IMG/VR virus record: IMGVR_UViG_3300005405_000007
Length of the DNA stretch: 64,000 nt
DNA from: an uncultured virus (IMG/VR IMGVR_UViG_3300005405_000007)
Taxonomy: Duplodnaviria; Heunggongvirae; Uroviricota; Caudoviricetes
Reading direction: 5' to 3' (one strand)
Position 1 is the stretch's first letter. Every line of letters begins with the position of its first letter. Position numbers and translations under genes: made by a program. This document shows, piece after piece, positions 10,977 through 23,574 of this stretch. Below the pieces are notes generated by a model that had not been told where the DNA came from, did not search any database, and was given only the letters and a program-made list of their open reading frames with translations.

Positions 10977-11444
10977 ATGAACATATTTGTCCTAGACTTA
11001 GACATTAAAAAATGTGCTGAATATCATTGTGATAAGCATGTTGTAAAAATGCTATTGGAAACATCACAAATTTTATGTAGTACTTATTACTTTACAAATG
11101 AATCTCACAAATCTCCCTATAAACTCACGCACAAAAACCACCCATGCTCCTTATGGACAAGAGAAAGTTTATCTAATTGGTTATGGTTAAGAAATTTGGG
11201 TCTAGCTTTATATGATGAATATAGAAAAAGATATGGTAACAAAGATCATAAATCAGGAGATGTTATTTTAGGTTTAGATGTTCCTAATTTGCCTGATAAG
11301 GGGTTAACGAAGTTTGCTCAAGCAATGCCAATAGAGTATAGGCATGAAGATGTTGTAAAGGCATATAGGGCTTATTATGTGGGTGAGAAGAAGGATATAC
11401 TACAGTATAAAGGGAATGTTCCTGAGTGGTTAAAGGTTAGTTAG
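10977..11444 (+). CDS. Pyrimidine-dimer DNA glycosylase / endonuclease V-like protein
   Basis: MNIFVLD..HCDKHVVKMLLETSQILCST..YKLTHKNHPCSLW..FAQAMP..AYRAYY. Confidence 0.8.
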   Translation: MNIFVLDLDIKKCAEYHCDKHVVKMLLETSQILCSTYYFTNESHKSPYKLTHKNHPCSLWTRESLSNWLWLRNLGLALYDEYRKRYGNKDHKSGDVILGLDVPNLPDKGLTKFAQAMPIEYRHEDVVKAYRAYYVGEKKDILQYKGNVPEWLKVS

Positions 11445-11460
11445 AAAGGATTGATAAATT

Positions 11461-14400
11461 ATGAAAACTTATATGACAGTTTTTATTCCAGAGTTGAATA
11501 TTATGCATACTGTTAGCAAAGATATTATTGAAATTGATTTTGATAATCCATTTAAAGTACATGGGAAGTCAGACAATTATTATACAGTCAATCCATATTT
11601 GTATTCTACAGGTGGTTATATTATTGATACAATAAGCAAAGCACAATTAGATGATTTAAATGTATATAAAAGTAGTATTGTTACCGATATGGAGCATCTT
11701 GGAAATATATTGGAAGATGAGATGAATATTCTTTATCATCAGTTAAATAATATAGGGGTTATAGTTACTTATACAGGTGATTGCAATGAATACGATGGTG
11801 AACAAATTGCAATTAATACAATGATTGAATATGTAGTAGAATTAAAAAAGATATGCCTTAATAGGCATTAAAAGTGTGGTTTTATCGGAAGGAGAAAATA
11901 TTTAATATGAATACAAAAGAATTTGAATTTATTGGAGATGTAAAGAGTTGGTCTGTAGATGGTTATAATTCAATTGACACACTTTATTTTGAAAAAGTAA
12001 TAAATGAATTTATTAGGAATAATGATATTACAAATTATACAGTAAAAGAAGTTTCTTGTATCCATAATGAAGGGAAATGTAAAGTCATAATGCGATTAAC
12101 ATGGAATGATAAAAATAAAGACTTTCAAAAGAAAGATGTTATTTCTGTCTTAAATGATCTTAAAAGTGAGGTTGTCCCAAGATTGAGTTTAGAAACAGGA
12201 CAAATAATTCCCGATATGAATGAAGAAGAAACGAAAAATATTACATTCAATGTTTAAATATAGCTGTTGAGTTAGTATCTAAATGCATGGAATGAAAAAG
12301 CAATTTGAATGGAGATAAAATGTGAAAATTTATAAATTAATTGGAATACTTGCGGATAGTGAAATTAGATTCATTAAAGGAGAATGGGAGTTTCATTAAA
12401 GAAACTAAAAATTATTTTGAAATTAAATCTGAAATGAGAACAAAAAGACTTAAGAAAGAAGAGTTGAATAAGATATTTTCGGATATTAACAATAATACTA
12501 AATATATCTCTTTTGCATGTTTTTGTGAAGAATGTAGTATTGTTGAAATAGAAGAAAAAATTCGTTTAAAATTAGAAGAAACTGTGAATCAATACCATGT
12601 AAATATTCAAGAATTAATGAAGGCGTTCCAATAAAATCTAGTTTCATTTGGCAATATGTCTTCATTTACAACTTTATAAATTAATTTAAATAGTTTATAA
12701 TGAACTTACTATATTAAAAAAGGAGTGTTATTATGAAAACTATGACAACTGATAAAGGTGAATACGTCTCTGTTCATAATCATAGAGGTATTGACATTTG
12801 GATTTTAAAAGAAACTAATCCATCTAAAGGCGATAGTCTCAAATATATGACTAAAACAATTTCAGGAGAAGAATATTTTAACACGGTTCAAGAGGCTGTA
12901 GATGTTATTGATAAGGATTGGGAATAATTTATTCCCAATCCCAACAAACGAGGAGTCTATGCTATTTTAAGGAGGAATTCTCATGAAACTTTTAGATGAT
13001 TATTTTACCATTCAAAAACAAATTTATGATTATTTTGGGTATGTCGATGATTGGAAAGTGATACCTCTTGATGATAGTAGGGAATATTTTTGGTATGAAA
13101 ACGCAAATGAAGTTTACTTTGCAAAGACAAAAGATGATTTCCAAACGGAAAAGTATTATAGTAATGAGATTTTTACCTATAGACATCTACCTAAGTTTGT
13201 TTATAGGGCAGAAGATTTTACTATGATTGTTGTGGATACTAATACAGATGGCAACAAATTTTTACAAATATTTGATAATAATAAAGAGTTAACAAATAAT
13301 CCGATAGACGAATAAAACTAATAATTGATAGTATTGGAGGGGGTATAATTAATGAATATCAATGATTTAAAAGAAAAGATTGATAATTTAATTGAAGATG
13401 GATATGGTAATTTAGAAATTTATAAAGATAGAGGAGATGGATGTGCAGATAGAATTATAAAATTACGTTTTCAATTGTTATATGAAGGTAAATTTTATCC
13501 TACAGACAGGGAAAATAATATGTATAAGAATATATTAGATCCTAGAATAGAAAATATTTTTAAATATGGGGAATGGGTGGTTAGATTTTTGTAAACACTT
13601 TAAAACTTTGATTTCGAGGAAGGAGTGATAAACAATTATGTGGATTGTTGGACATGATATGGATTATTATCCTAGAATTTATAAATTTGAAAAAGAATTA
13701 GACGCAATAGAAAAGTATAATGATATTAAAGAAGATATCATTATAGGTGAGCATCCAGATAATGATTCATGTGTATTTATTGCAAAAGTTAATAAGTATA
13801 TGAAAGGGAGTGATTATGAATTAATCGACGATAAAACAAATGAAGAAATTAATGAATAGAATACTCATTTTAATCAGTTTTTTAACAAAGAGGTGGTATA
13901 TTAATGTTCTTATTATTATATTTTGTATTGATTGCCCTGTTTTATGGATTTTCAAACAATTATGGGTTTCATATTAAATTTAATAAAGTTAAAGTGATAT
14001 CTACAATCATATTTGCGATAATAACTATGCCGTTACCCATTTATCATAATGATCTTTCAAAATTATTTTGACTTTTAAACCTTAACAATATATACTATAA
14101 GTAGAAAATAAAAATACGGAGGGAATACATAAATGGCTAACAAAACAAAAGCAGAGACAAAAATGAGGAACACAAAAAATGATAAGAAAGTACATATTTG
14201 TCCGGCTTGCCATAGTGAAAAAACAAACAAAGTGACACTCACAACGTGGTTTTGTATGGATTGCGATGTAGAATTCGATTCCACAGATAAGGTATATACA
14301 ATTCAATGGGATGGCACTTTGGTCGATCATTATGTTAATGAGTTTATTAATTGTGGATAGGAGTGAGAGATCTGTTTTGTCCTAAATGCAAAAGACTTCA

Positions 14401-16189
14401 TTTTGAATCTGAATTAGTTTATTGGAAAGGAAATGTGGTTTGTAGGAGAACTGGGAAGAGGATTGGTAAGGTAAAATAATCGTTTTAACCTATTAGAATG
14501 GAGTGAAAATAATAATGCCAAAAATAAAATATAAAAGTTATACGTATTACAGAGATGACGAAGATAAACAGGAAGAAACATATGAAGTGTATGGAGTTAG
14601 GGTTTATGAACAAAAGCAAAGAGAATATGATAATTCATGGACAGAAGAAATAACCGAATTCTTAATTTATTCTGGAGGCTGGAGTTGGGTAGATTCTAAA
14701 AATTATGAGTCAGTAGAATAAGAAAGGAGGATTAAACATATGAGAGAAGGAGAACCATGTAAACACAGAGGTTGTTTAAATCATATTTCTCATCCATGTG
14801 AAGGTTGTGGTAGAGTTGGAGGTAAATATATTTTAGATTTTGCAATAGAATCTGAGAAATATGGATTATATATTATATATGATGGAGATAAACATAAAAT
14901 AATGTTTGGTGGAAATTGTAGTCATTGTGGAGAATATTTTGAGAGTGAAATGATTTCATTGTTTTGTAGGAAGTGTGATAGAGATAATGGAAGGGGTTAT
15001 ATAAATGAATACATTAGAAATGGTAAATGAATTGAGAAAAAATCCAAACTTAAAAGCCCATTGTGTTGTTAGAGATGAATTATGGAAAGTAAAATGTGTT
15101 AACGGAAGCATAATGTGGGATGATCATTTTCATCCAAGACCAGGATTACTTAATATGAGTAATCGTATATTAAGACTTAACGATTGGAATATTTATAAAG
15201 AAGAAAAGAAAGAAGTGGAAATATTCCATAGATTGAATATCAAACTTAATAATGGTATTGGTAAATTACCAGAAGATAAAAATATTATTGGAGATATTTA
15301 TGTTCAAACATTAGATGGAAAATTACATACAATCAGGCCAATTGGGAAAATGTTTGCTGTCCCAACAGATGACAAAGAAGTAGAAGTAATGTTTAAATAT
15401 AAGGTTGTAGGATGTGTTTGTACATATTATGGTGATTATGGTGGTACTATTGTAATGGTTTGAATCAAATATTTGATTGGTAGAAAGGAAGTTTTAAAAA
15501 TGAATATAATTAATTTAAGATCATGGTGTCAGAAAAATAATATTACATGTGCTACTTGTTCACAATCATATAAAAATTATTATTCGGAAACAGAATATAA
15601 ATTATATTGTAATTGTGGCGGTATTTTGGTTAATGGAAAAGAAGTTTGTTTAGATTGGAACAGTCAGAGTAAATAAAATATTGTTTTGGTCTGGTTATGA
15701 AAGGAGGTGAATCATGTTTAAAAGGTTTAATTACAATTTAAGTAAAAATCCAGTGAGTGTAATTTGGAGCGTTTCTTTAAGTATGTTGCTTGGATGCTTA
15801 TTTAATTTAGCAATACCACAAGAAGGTATTGTGTCAAAGGCAGAACTTGCTTTGATCTTATTTGGATTTTCGACAATATTTAATCTTATTGTTTCTACTT
15901 GGTTTATATATAAAGGCGAGATTAAACAAGTTAATATTACATATGTTTGCCCTACGGCAAGGAAGTATATGAGTCAACAAGAAATAAATGAAGTGGAGGA
16001 GAGGTAATAATGGATAATAATTTAGAAAAACTCTTAGATTATGTAACTAAAGAAGAAGATAGGTACTATGGTTATGCATTCAAATGTTTAGATGAAAATA
16101 ATATGATAGGGAATATGGTTCATTCTGCTGAAGCAAGTGCTTTTCAAAGAGTTAGATATGCCATTGAAAGTCTATTAGAAAGCAATTGA
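11461..16189 (+). other. Array of about 17 short hypothetical accessory ORFs (e.g. 11461-11871, 12341-12634, 12733-12927, 12983-13315, 13352-13594, 13638-13859, 14133-14360, 14503-14721, 14740-15030, 15005-15463, 15714-16007)
   Basis: Co-oriented ORFs with strong RBS, many separated by the junction palindrome. Confidence 0.65.
14068..14096 (+). promoter_or_regulatory. SigA-like promoter
   Basis: TTGACT-17-TATACT upstream of the Zn-finger ORF at 14133. Confidence 0.55.
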
Positions 16190-16227
16190 AATGTGGATTT
16201 CGTTGGGATTAAAAGGAGGAAAGAAGA

Positions 16228-19200
16228 TTGAGGATATTAACATTATTTAGGGGTGCTCCAGCTTGTGTAGACTGTGACACGGAATATTTTAATGGAGTAG
16301 AATGGAAAAGAATATCAGAATATACTGAAGGAGATAAAGTTTTACAATATAATGACGACGGAAGCTCTGAGTTGGTGAGTCCCTTGGAATATCACAAATA
16401 TAAAGAAGACAATTTGTATTTAATTCAAACACAAGGAGTTAGTCAATGTGTTTCTTTGGATCATAATTTAGTATATATAAGTTCAAAAGGCAATATAAAT
16501 AAAAAAGTTTTTTCAGATGTTTATAAACAACATTTAAAAAACAATCATGGCTTCAGAGGAAAATTTATAACTACTTTTAATACATATGGTAATGAAAATT
16601 CAGAACTTAACGAATTTGAATTAAGATTGACAGTTGCTATTTGTGCAGATGGCAATTATCCTAGAGACACCAATAGATGTAGAATAAGAATTAAAAAACA
16701 AAGAAAAATAGAAAGAATAAGATTTTTATTAAATAAATGCAATATTGATTTTGAAGAAAAAATATACAATGAGACAAATGTTGAAGGGTACATTAATTTT
16801 ATGTTCAAATCACCATTGAGAATAAAAAATTTTCCTCATAATTGGTATAACCTATCGAGAAAGTGTTTAGATATAATTAGTGATGAATGTATAAAATGGG
16901 ATGGTTCGATTAATAAACAAGACAACTCAATTGCTTATTATACTACTAATAAACAAGATGCTGATTTTATTCAATATGTTTTTTCATCTACTGGTTATAA
17001 AAGTGGTATATCTATTGATGAAAGAGAAGACAAACCCATTACTTATCGTGTGAGTAAATGTTCTTATAATTTGGTAGGAATATCTACAAAAGGGAGAGAA
17101 GAATATAAGGATAAAATAATTAAAGAATATAAAACACTAGATGGACATAAGTATTGTTTTACTGTTCCAAGTGGTATGTTGGTTTTACGAAGAGATGGTC
17201 ATATAAATATTACTGGTAATTGTGGCAAGAGTACATTTATTAAAGATAATAATTTAGAACAATATGCTTTAAGTGCAGACAATATTAGGTTACTACTACA
17301 GTCTCCCATAATGACTACTGACGGAAGGTATGGAATTAGTCAAAAGAATGATAAAAAAGTTTGGGAATTGTTATTTGATATTCTAGAACAAAGAATGATT
17401 CGTGGAGAATTTGTAGTTGTTGATGCAACTAATTCTAAAACAGTTGAATTAAATCGATATAAAAGTATGGCAGAAACATATAGATACAGAATCATTTGTG
17501 TTGATATGACAGATGTTCCTATTGAAGTTTGTAAAGAAAGAAATCAAAATAGGAAACCTGATTATAAAGTAGTGCATGATTTTGTAATTGACAATATGTA
17601 TGCTAGATTTGAGTCTCAAAAGATTTCTAGTGGAGTAAAAGCTATTAAACCAGAAGAATTTTGGGACACAATTACATATTCACCTTTAGATTTTTCTAAT
17701 TATAAAAAGATTCATCATATTGGAGATTTGCATGGATGTAATACCGTCTTGCAAGAATATTTAGGTGGAGAATTAAAAGAAGATGAACTATATGTATTTG
17801 TTGGTGATTATGTTGATCGAGGAATTGAGAATGTAGAATTACTTAATTACTTGTTTTCAGTTATGGATAAATTAAATGTGATATTTTTACAAGGGAACCA
17901 TGAATGTTTAGCAAAAGGAACTGAAATACTTACAAAAGATGGCTGGAAAGTTATAGAAAATATTACAAAAGAAGATGTGGTGGCACAATATGACCTCATA
18001 TCAAAAGAAATTAGTTTTGATAACCCAATTGAAACAATTAAAAAAGAATCAAATACTATAATCAATTTCAATAGTCATAATATCAGACATAAGGTTACGC
18101 CTAATCATGATATAATATATAAAGGAGAAAAAGTTAAAGCAAAAGATCTTTTGAATAAACATAATTTAGAAGAACGTGATTTTACTCTATGGGGGTATAC
18201 AAATGATAATGTAGTTAATATAGAAGATGATTGGATTAGATTATTAACATGGGTAATAATGGATTCTACAATTGTGGATAATATAAAAGGTAATCCAAAT
18301 TCTATTAAAAAGAGAATCCAATTTAAATTTAGCAAAGAAAGAAAAATAAAAAGTGTTAAGCAATTGTTGGATAGAATGGACATACCTTATACTTTTCAAA
18401 AAGCAAAAATGAGTGACTTAAATAGAGTACAACCCTATTACATAAGAATATATGGAGAATATGCTAGAGATATATTCAATAAAATACATAATGAAAGATT
18501 AATACCTAACGAATGGAAATACTTTAATCAAAGACAAGTGTCTATATTTTTAGATACATTAATAAAATCAGACGGATATTTAAAAGCCAATAATATTGAG
18601 TGGAGAACAATTAACAGTCAAAATATAGATATTGTTCAAGAAATGTGCGTAAAAAACGGAATTATTTGTAAATATGATTATAAAGAAGGAAGTGGTTTTT
18701 CTAATGGAAAATATCAATATGTTGCGAGTATATTTTATTATGGAAGTGTTAACCATCCAGTAACGGTTACGGAAGAAGAATATAATAATTTGACTTATTG
18801 TTGCACAATGTCTAAAGGAACTTTGATTACTAGACTTGATGGTAGGGTTATTATTACTGGTAATTGTCATTTGTGGGACTATTCTAACGACATGCCAACA
18901 AAGAGTAAAGAATTTGAGCAAGTTACCAAAAGAGAGTTGAATAAATTGCAAATAGATAAGAAGAAATTAAGAATATTCTATAGAAAATTAAGACAGTTGG
19001 CATATTATACATATAATAATAAAGTAGTAGTTGTTACTCATGGTGGTATCAGTACAATACCAGAAAGATTTGAATTTCTTGCCACAGAACAATTGATCAA
19101 AGGAGTTGGAGAATATAAAGAAATGGAAATGGTCAATGGTAGATTTCTTAATTCAACTCCAAATAATTATTACCAAATCCACGGTCATAGGAACGTGGCA

Positions 19201-20349
19201 GATTCTCCAATTCAAATCAATGAAAGATGTTTTTGCCTCGAAGGAAAATGTGAGTTTGGAGGGTACTTAAGGATTGTCACATTAGATGACAAAGGATTTA
19301 ATACTATTGAGGTTAAAAATAATATCTTTAAGCCTATTGAAGAGAAAATTGAATCAATTAAATCCGAAGAGATTGTAGTTTCTAATATGGAATTAATAGA
19401 GAAACTAAGAGCGAATAGATATGTCAGAGAATCTAAATTCGGTCACATATCTTCTTTTAATTTTACAAAAGATGCATTCTATAAAAATATATGGGATGAA
19501 CAAACTATAAAAGCGAGAGGATTATTTTTTAATATTGAAACTGGAGAAGTGGTAGCTCGTAGCTATGAAAAATTCTTTAACGTCAATCAAAGAGAGAATG
19601 TCAAACTAGATAATCTTAAAAATGTATTCCAATTCCCTGTAACGGCATGGGTAAAATACAATGGGTTCTTAGGTTTAGTAGGGTATGATTCTAGTCGAGA
19701 TGAATTATTAATTAGCTCAAAATCAAATCCTAATAGTGAATTTGCAGGATATTTTAGAGATATATTTAATGATACTCTTACTCTAGACCAGCAATCAGAG
19801 ATAAAGGAATATCTCAAAGAACAAAAATCAACTTTAGTATTTGAAGTAATTGATCCCACTAATGATCCTCATATGATTAAATATATTTTCCCTCATTTAG
19901 TATTATTAGAAATTGTAGAGAATGATATCAATGAACCAAAGAAAAAATCATATGAAGAAATACAGTTGTTTTCAAATAAATATAATATACCTTTGAAAGT
20001 AAAAGCAAAGATATTAGATAATTGGAGAGAATTCTATCAATGGTATGAAGAAGTAACCGCAGATGACTATAAATATAAGGGGCAATATATCGAAGGATTT
20101 GTTTTAGAAGATAATGTTGGATTTATGACTAAAATAAAATTGCAGTATTATGGTTTTTGGAAACATATGAGAAGTGTTAAAGAGGACGTTTCTAGGAATG
20201 GATATACTAAATATACTAGTTCTTTAGCCACACCTCTAGCTAATGAGTTTTATGGATGGTTAAGGCATCAAACTAAAGAAGTATTAAGGAAAGATATTAT
20301 TACACTTCGAGAGATGTTTTATACTGAAAAAGGAGAATATAATAATTGA
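16228..20349 (+). CDS. Polynucleotide kinase / metallophosphoesterase / RNA ligase (Pnkp-like RNA repair enzyme) with two inteins; about 734 aa after splicing
   Basis: Spliced P-loop GAPA|CGKST, VVDATN; phosphoesterase GDLHG, GDYVDRG, GNHE, THGG, HGH; ligase ARGLF, YEKFFN, KYNGFLG, EGFV. Confidence 0.92.
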   Translation: MRILTLFRGAPACVDCDTEYFNGVEWKRISEYTEGDKVLQYNDDGSSELVSPLEYHKYKEDNLYLIQTQGVSQCVSLDHNLVYISSKGNINKKVFSDVYKQHLKNNHGFRGKFITTFNTYGNENSELNEFELRLTVAICADGNYPRDTNRCRIRIKKQRKIERIRFLLNKCNIDFEEKIYNETNVEGYINFMFKSPLRIKNFPHNWYNLSRKCLDIISDECIKWDGSINKQDNSIAYYTTNKQDADFIQYVFSSTGYKSGISIDEREDKPITYRVSKCSYNLVGISTKGREEYKDKIIKEYKTLDGHKYCFTVPSGMLVLRRDGHINITGNCGKSTFIKDNNLEQYALSADNIRLLLQSPIMTTDGRYGISQKNDKKVWELLFDILEQRMIRGEFVVVDATNSKTVELNRYKSMAETYRYRIICVDMTDVPIEVCKERNQNRKPDYKVVHDFVIDNMYARFESQKISSGVKAIKPEEFWDTITYSPLDFSNYKKIHHIGDLHGCNTVLQEYLGGELKEDELYVFVGDYVDRGIENVELLNYLFSVMDKLNVIFLQGNHECLAKGTEILTKDGWKVIENITKEDVVAQYDLISKEISFDNPIETIKKESNTIINFNSHNIRHKVTPNHDIIYKGEKVKAKDLLNKHNLEERDFTLWGYTNDNVVNIEDDWIRLLTWVIMDSTIVDNIKGNPNSIKKRIQFKFSKERKIKSVKQLLDRMDIPYTFQKAKMSDLNRVQPYYIRIYGEYARDIFNKIHNERLIPNEWKYFNQRQVSIFLDTLIKSDGYLKANNIEWRTINSQNIDIVQEMCVKNGIICKYDYKEGSGFSNGKYQYVASIFYYGSVNHPVTVTEEEYNNLTYCCTMSKGTLITRLDGRVIITGNCHLWDYSNDMPTKSKEFEQVTKRELNKLQIDKKKLRIFYRKLRQLAYYTYNNKVVVVTHGGISTIPERFEFLATEQLIKGVGEYKEMEMVNGRFLNSTPNNYYQIHGHRNVADSPIQINERCFCLEGKCEFGGYLRIVTLDDKGFNTIEVKNNIFKPIEEKIESIKSEEIVVSNMELIEKLRANRYVRESKFGHISSFNFTKDAFYKNIWDEQTIKARGLFFNIETGEVVARSYEKFFNVNQRENVKLDNLKNVFQFPVTAWVKYNGFLGLVGYDSSRDELLISSKSNPNSEFAGYFRDIFNDTLTLDQQSEIKEYLKEQKSTLVFEVIDPTNDPHMIKYIFPHLVLLEIVENDINEPKKKSYEEIQLFSNKYNIPLKVKAKILDNWREFYQWYEEVTADDYKYKGQYIEGFVLEDNVGFMTKIKLQYYGFWKHMRSVKEDVSRNGYTKYTSSLATPLANEFYGWLRHQTKEVLRKDIITLREMFYTEKGEYNN
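16264..17220 (+). mobile_element. Intein 1 (319 aa) with LAGLIDADG-type endonuclease, in the kinase P-loop
   Basis: Starts CVDCDTEYF, ends HINITGN|C; LTVAICADG block. Confidence 0.9.
17905..18864 (+). mobile_element. Intein 2 (320 aa) with LAGLIDADG-type endonuclease, after the phosphoesterase GNHE motif
   Basis: Starts CLAKGTEILTKDGW, ends RVIITGN|C; FLDTLIKSDG block. Confidence 0.9.
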
Positions 20350-21104
20350 TTGGATTTGAAGAGTTAATTAGAGATAGAGACATTCATATTACTAATTTTG
20401 CTAAAGAAATTGGAGTAAGTCCTGGTACTATATGGGATTGGTTTAGAAGAGAAAAAGTACCTGACAAATGTTTAAAGATTTTATCTGAGAAATTTGATGT
20501 TAATGAAGAATATTTAAATAGGAAAGTAAATGACATCAATACATATAAACCTAAATCTACAAGAAATGAATATATAGTTAATAGTGATAAAACAATAATG
20601 ATTGTAAATAGTAAGAAAGGAGGAAGGATAGATGTTGAAATAGATACTGAAGAATTAGATTTAGTAAAAGATTTATCATGGTTTGCAAGATTAGATAGAG
20701 GAAGATACTATATAACTACAACTTTAACTATTTGTGACATTGCAACTAAAAAATATATGACTAGAAATTTAGCCTTAACTAAATTAATTATGCGAGTTAA
20801 TGACAAGAATATAAAAGTTGATCATAAGAACGGAGATTCATTAAAGAATTGTAAAGATAATTTGAGATGTACTAGTAATTCATTAAATCTTAAAAATAGA
20901 CAAAATGGTAAAAATAAAAACAATACTTCTGGACATAGAAATGTATTTTGGAATAAGAAAGATGAGAGATGGTTTGTAGTTTTACAAATTGAAGGTAAGA
21001 GCAAATGTTTTGGTAGGTTTAAGTTTGACGATTTAGAAAAAGCAGGGGTACTAGCAGAGGAAATGAGACAGAAATATTATAAGGAATTTGCAGGGAAAGA
21101 CTAA
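20346..21104 (+). CDS. HTH-HNH-AP2 homing endonuclease
   Basis: N-terminal FAKEIGVSPGTIWDW HTH; VDHKNGDSLKNCKDNLR; NNTSGHRNVFW. Confidence 0.85.
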   Translation: MIGFEELIRDRDIHITNFAKEIGVSPGTIWDWFRREKVPDKCLKILSEKFDVNEEYLNRKVNDINTYKPKSTRNEYIVNSDKTIMIVNSKKGGRIDVEIDTEELDLVKDLSWFARLDRGRYYITTTLTICDIATKKYMTRNLALTKLIMRVNDKNIKVDHKNGDSLKNCKDNLRCTSNSLNLKNRQNGKNKNNTSGHRNVFWNKKDERWFVVLQIEGKSKCFGRFKFDDLEKAGVLAEEMRQKYYKEFAGKD

Positions 21105-21800
21105 TAAAAAAATACAACTCTCTCAAAAGAGTTATTTTAATCAAATGGAGGTGAAAATAATGAAAGAATTTATTCAAAATTATAGGGAATATTTTGCTAC
21201 AATTATGGAGGATCAAGAATGGTTAAATAAGACAGACAAAGAGGTTTTAGTTTTTATTAACAATTGTGTTGATAATATATTATTTCCAAGTACAAAAACA
21301 ATTCAAAATATGGAACTTAAGATGCTTAAAAATGCTTTTAGAGAAGCAAATAAATGAAACAGTTTTAATGGATCAAAAAAAAGGAGTGATTTTAAATGGC
21401 GATAAAAATTCAATTAAAAAGCGGAGTAGTACATAATTATCCCGATGCTAAATTAACTAAAGAATTCTTTGAAGATTGGTTGTTAAATAGTAAAACTGAT
21501 TTTAATGCTTTAGAAAATGATAAGACTTGTATTATTTATAGATTATCTGAAATAGAAAGTGTTCAGATAGATAGGAGGTAACTAAACATAATGGATCAAG
21601 AAAAGATTGACTTAGCAAAAGCAGTTCTAGAATTGGCAGAGCATTTACCAGATAAAGTATATATGAATAATCCTATTGCGGTTGATAAATGGGTAAGACT
21701 AGCAGGTAAAATATTATCAATTGAGACATTTCCTGAACTAAAATTTTTTATTGAATAACCTTAAAGAACAGATTTAAAGGAGTAAAAAGGAAAATAAAAA

Positions 21801-22325
21801 ATGAAAAAATACATATGCCCAAATTGCGGAGCGTTATCAACATCTGAAGAATGGAATAGAGAAACTAAAAAACAATTTAAAAAATATGATATTGTAGACA
21901 TCATACCTATCGAACAAAATTCTAGTGGTAGTTATTTTAATTGTCCTAATTGTAAAGAGGAATTTAATATGAGTTTTATTAAACCAGAGGAATTTGAAAT
22001 TGTAGAATATTTTATCGTGAATTCAGAATTAAACCTAAGCCCAGGGAAGGTTGCTGCCCAAGTAGCTCATGTTGCAACAATAATTGCAGTAGAAAATAGT
22101 TTTAAACGATGGGGATTATTTTGGCAATGGTATGAATTAGATCAAAAGAAAATAATTTTGCGTGGTAAACAAAAGGATTTGGAGAAGTTAATTGACGCAG
22201 GGTTTTATTACATAAGGGATAATGGGTTAACCGAAATTCCTTATGGAAGTCTTACGGTGGTAGGATTGCCACCTATGCTTAAACAAGATGCGAAAAAGTA
22301 TGTGAAGAGATTACAATTACTATAA
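21801..22325 (+). CDS. Peptidyl-tRNA hydrolase (Pth2 family) with N-terminal zinc ribbon
   Basis: CPNC..CPNC, then LSPGKVAAQVAH, QKKIILR, IRDNGLTEI, TVVGLPP, LQLL. Confidence 0.88.
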   Translation: MKKYICPNCGALSTSEEWNRETKKQFKKYDIVDIIPIEQNSSGSYFNCPNCKEEFNMSFIKPEEFEIVEYFIVNSELNLSPGKVAAQVAHVATIIAVENSFKRWGLFWQWYELDQKKIILRGKQKDLEKLIDAGFYYIRDNGLTEIPYGSLTVVGLPPMLKQDAKKYVKRLQLL

Positions 22326-22608
22326 AATATAAATAGTAAAGGAGAAACATGCCATATAAAAATACTGAAGATAGAATGGGAATATATAAAATTACGTGTA
22401 TTATTACAGGTAAATTTTATATTAGGATCGCTTAATAAGTGTAAGAATTGTGAGAAGAACAAGAAAATAAGTTTTGAGACATATAGTGAAATTGTTAAAT
22501 ATATAGAAAATACTTGCAATGAATGTATGGGAAGATTATTGTAAATTATTTAAACAATCCTAGCAAACAAGTTTTTTAAAGGATTTAATATTTAAGGATG
22601 ATAATTAA

Positions 22609-23001
22609 ATGTTAGGCAAATATCTTAAAGACATCGGTATAAAAGAGGATAATACTCATCAAGGTTGGAATAAAGATGATCCTAGACAGGAGAAATGGTC
22701 GAAAGAAAGAGAAATATATGGTTTTGATGAAAAGGAAACTTGGTCGATGGATTTTACATTTAAATTATGGTTATATGAAAGATTATCTATGTATAATGAA
22801 GTAAATAGTATTGATACGTCTTTTCATAAATACGAGTTCAAAGGGAAAACAATTACATTTCAAGAATGTATTGATAGGATGTTAGATGGTTTAAAGATTT
22901 ATTTAACTATCGATGAATACAAAATGACAGATGCGCAAAAAGAGAAAGCTGATGATGTAGTTAGTTTGTTTGCTTTGTGTTTGGATAGTTTATGGTGGTA
23001 A
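22609..23001 (+). CDS. Hypothetical phage protein
   Basis: 130 aa ORF with RBS. Confidence 0.65.
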   Translation: MLGKYLKDIGIKEDNTHQGWNKDDPRQEKWSKEREIYGFDEKETWSMDFTFKLWLYERLSMYNEVNSIDTSFHKYEFKGKTITFQECIDRMLDGLKIYLTIDEYKMTDAQKEKADDVVSLFALCLDSLWW

Positions 23002-23135
23002 TAATTAGAATGTAATTTTGATTGCAAGTAATAGTTATACAATATAAATAAAATTTTTATAAAATAATAGGTATATTGGACAAATTATTGGTCATAATAC
23101 TAATCATAAGAAAATAAAAAGGAGTGATTAGTATT

Positions 23136-23543
23136 ATGAAACAAACAATAAATAATGTTCAAGCTCAAAAAGAGATTAAGAGGGGCGATATCTATATTGC
23201 AAATCTTCCCAACAGTAATGGATCTATCCAACAATTTAAGCGTCCCGTAGTGATAATTAGCAACAACGCCTGTAATCAATATTCCAATGTACTACATATA
23301 TGTCCTTTAACTTCTGTGACCACAAAATCAAAATTACCTACTCATATACCCATCAGTAGAAATTCTGGCCTAAAAATGGATTCTATTGCTCTCTGCGAAC
23401 AGTCCATGCCAGTCACGAGAGATTTGATTGAAGAAAAAATAGGACAATGCGATGAGGAAACTATGTTAAGAATTGATAGAGGAATCGGTATACAGTTTGG
23501 ATTGGTAGAATTAAGAAATAAAAATGGTGTAGTTTATGCATAA
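23136..23543 (+). CDS. mazF: MazF/PemK-family endoribonuclease; no adjacent antitoxin recognised
   Basis: IKRGDIYIANL..KRPVVIISNN..N..S..PLTS..KLPTHI..DSIALCEQ. Confidence 0.9.
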   Translation: MKQTINNVQAQKEIKRGDIYIANLPNSNGSIQQFKRPVVIISNNACNQYSNVLHICPLTSVTTKSKLPTHIPISRNSGLKMDSIALCEQSMPVTRDLIEEKIGQCDEETMLRIDRGIGIQFGLVELRNKNGVVYA

Positions 23544-23574
23544 TAAAAATAAAGAGGAGGAAATAAATTAAATA

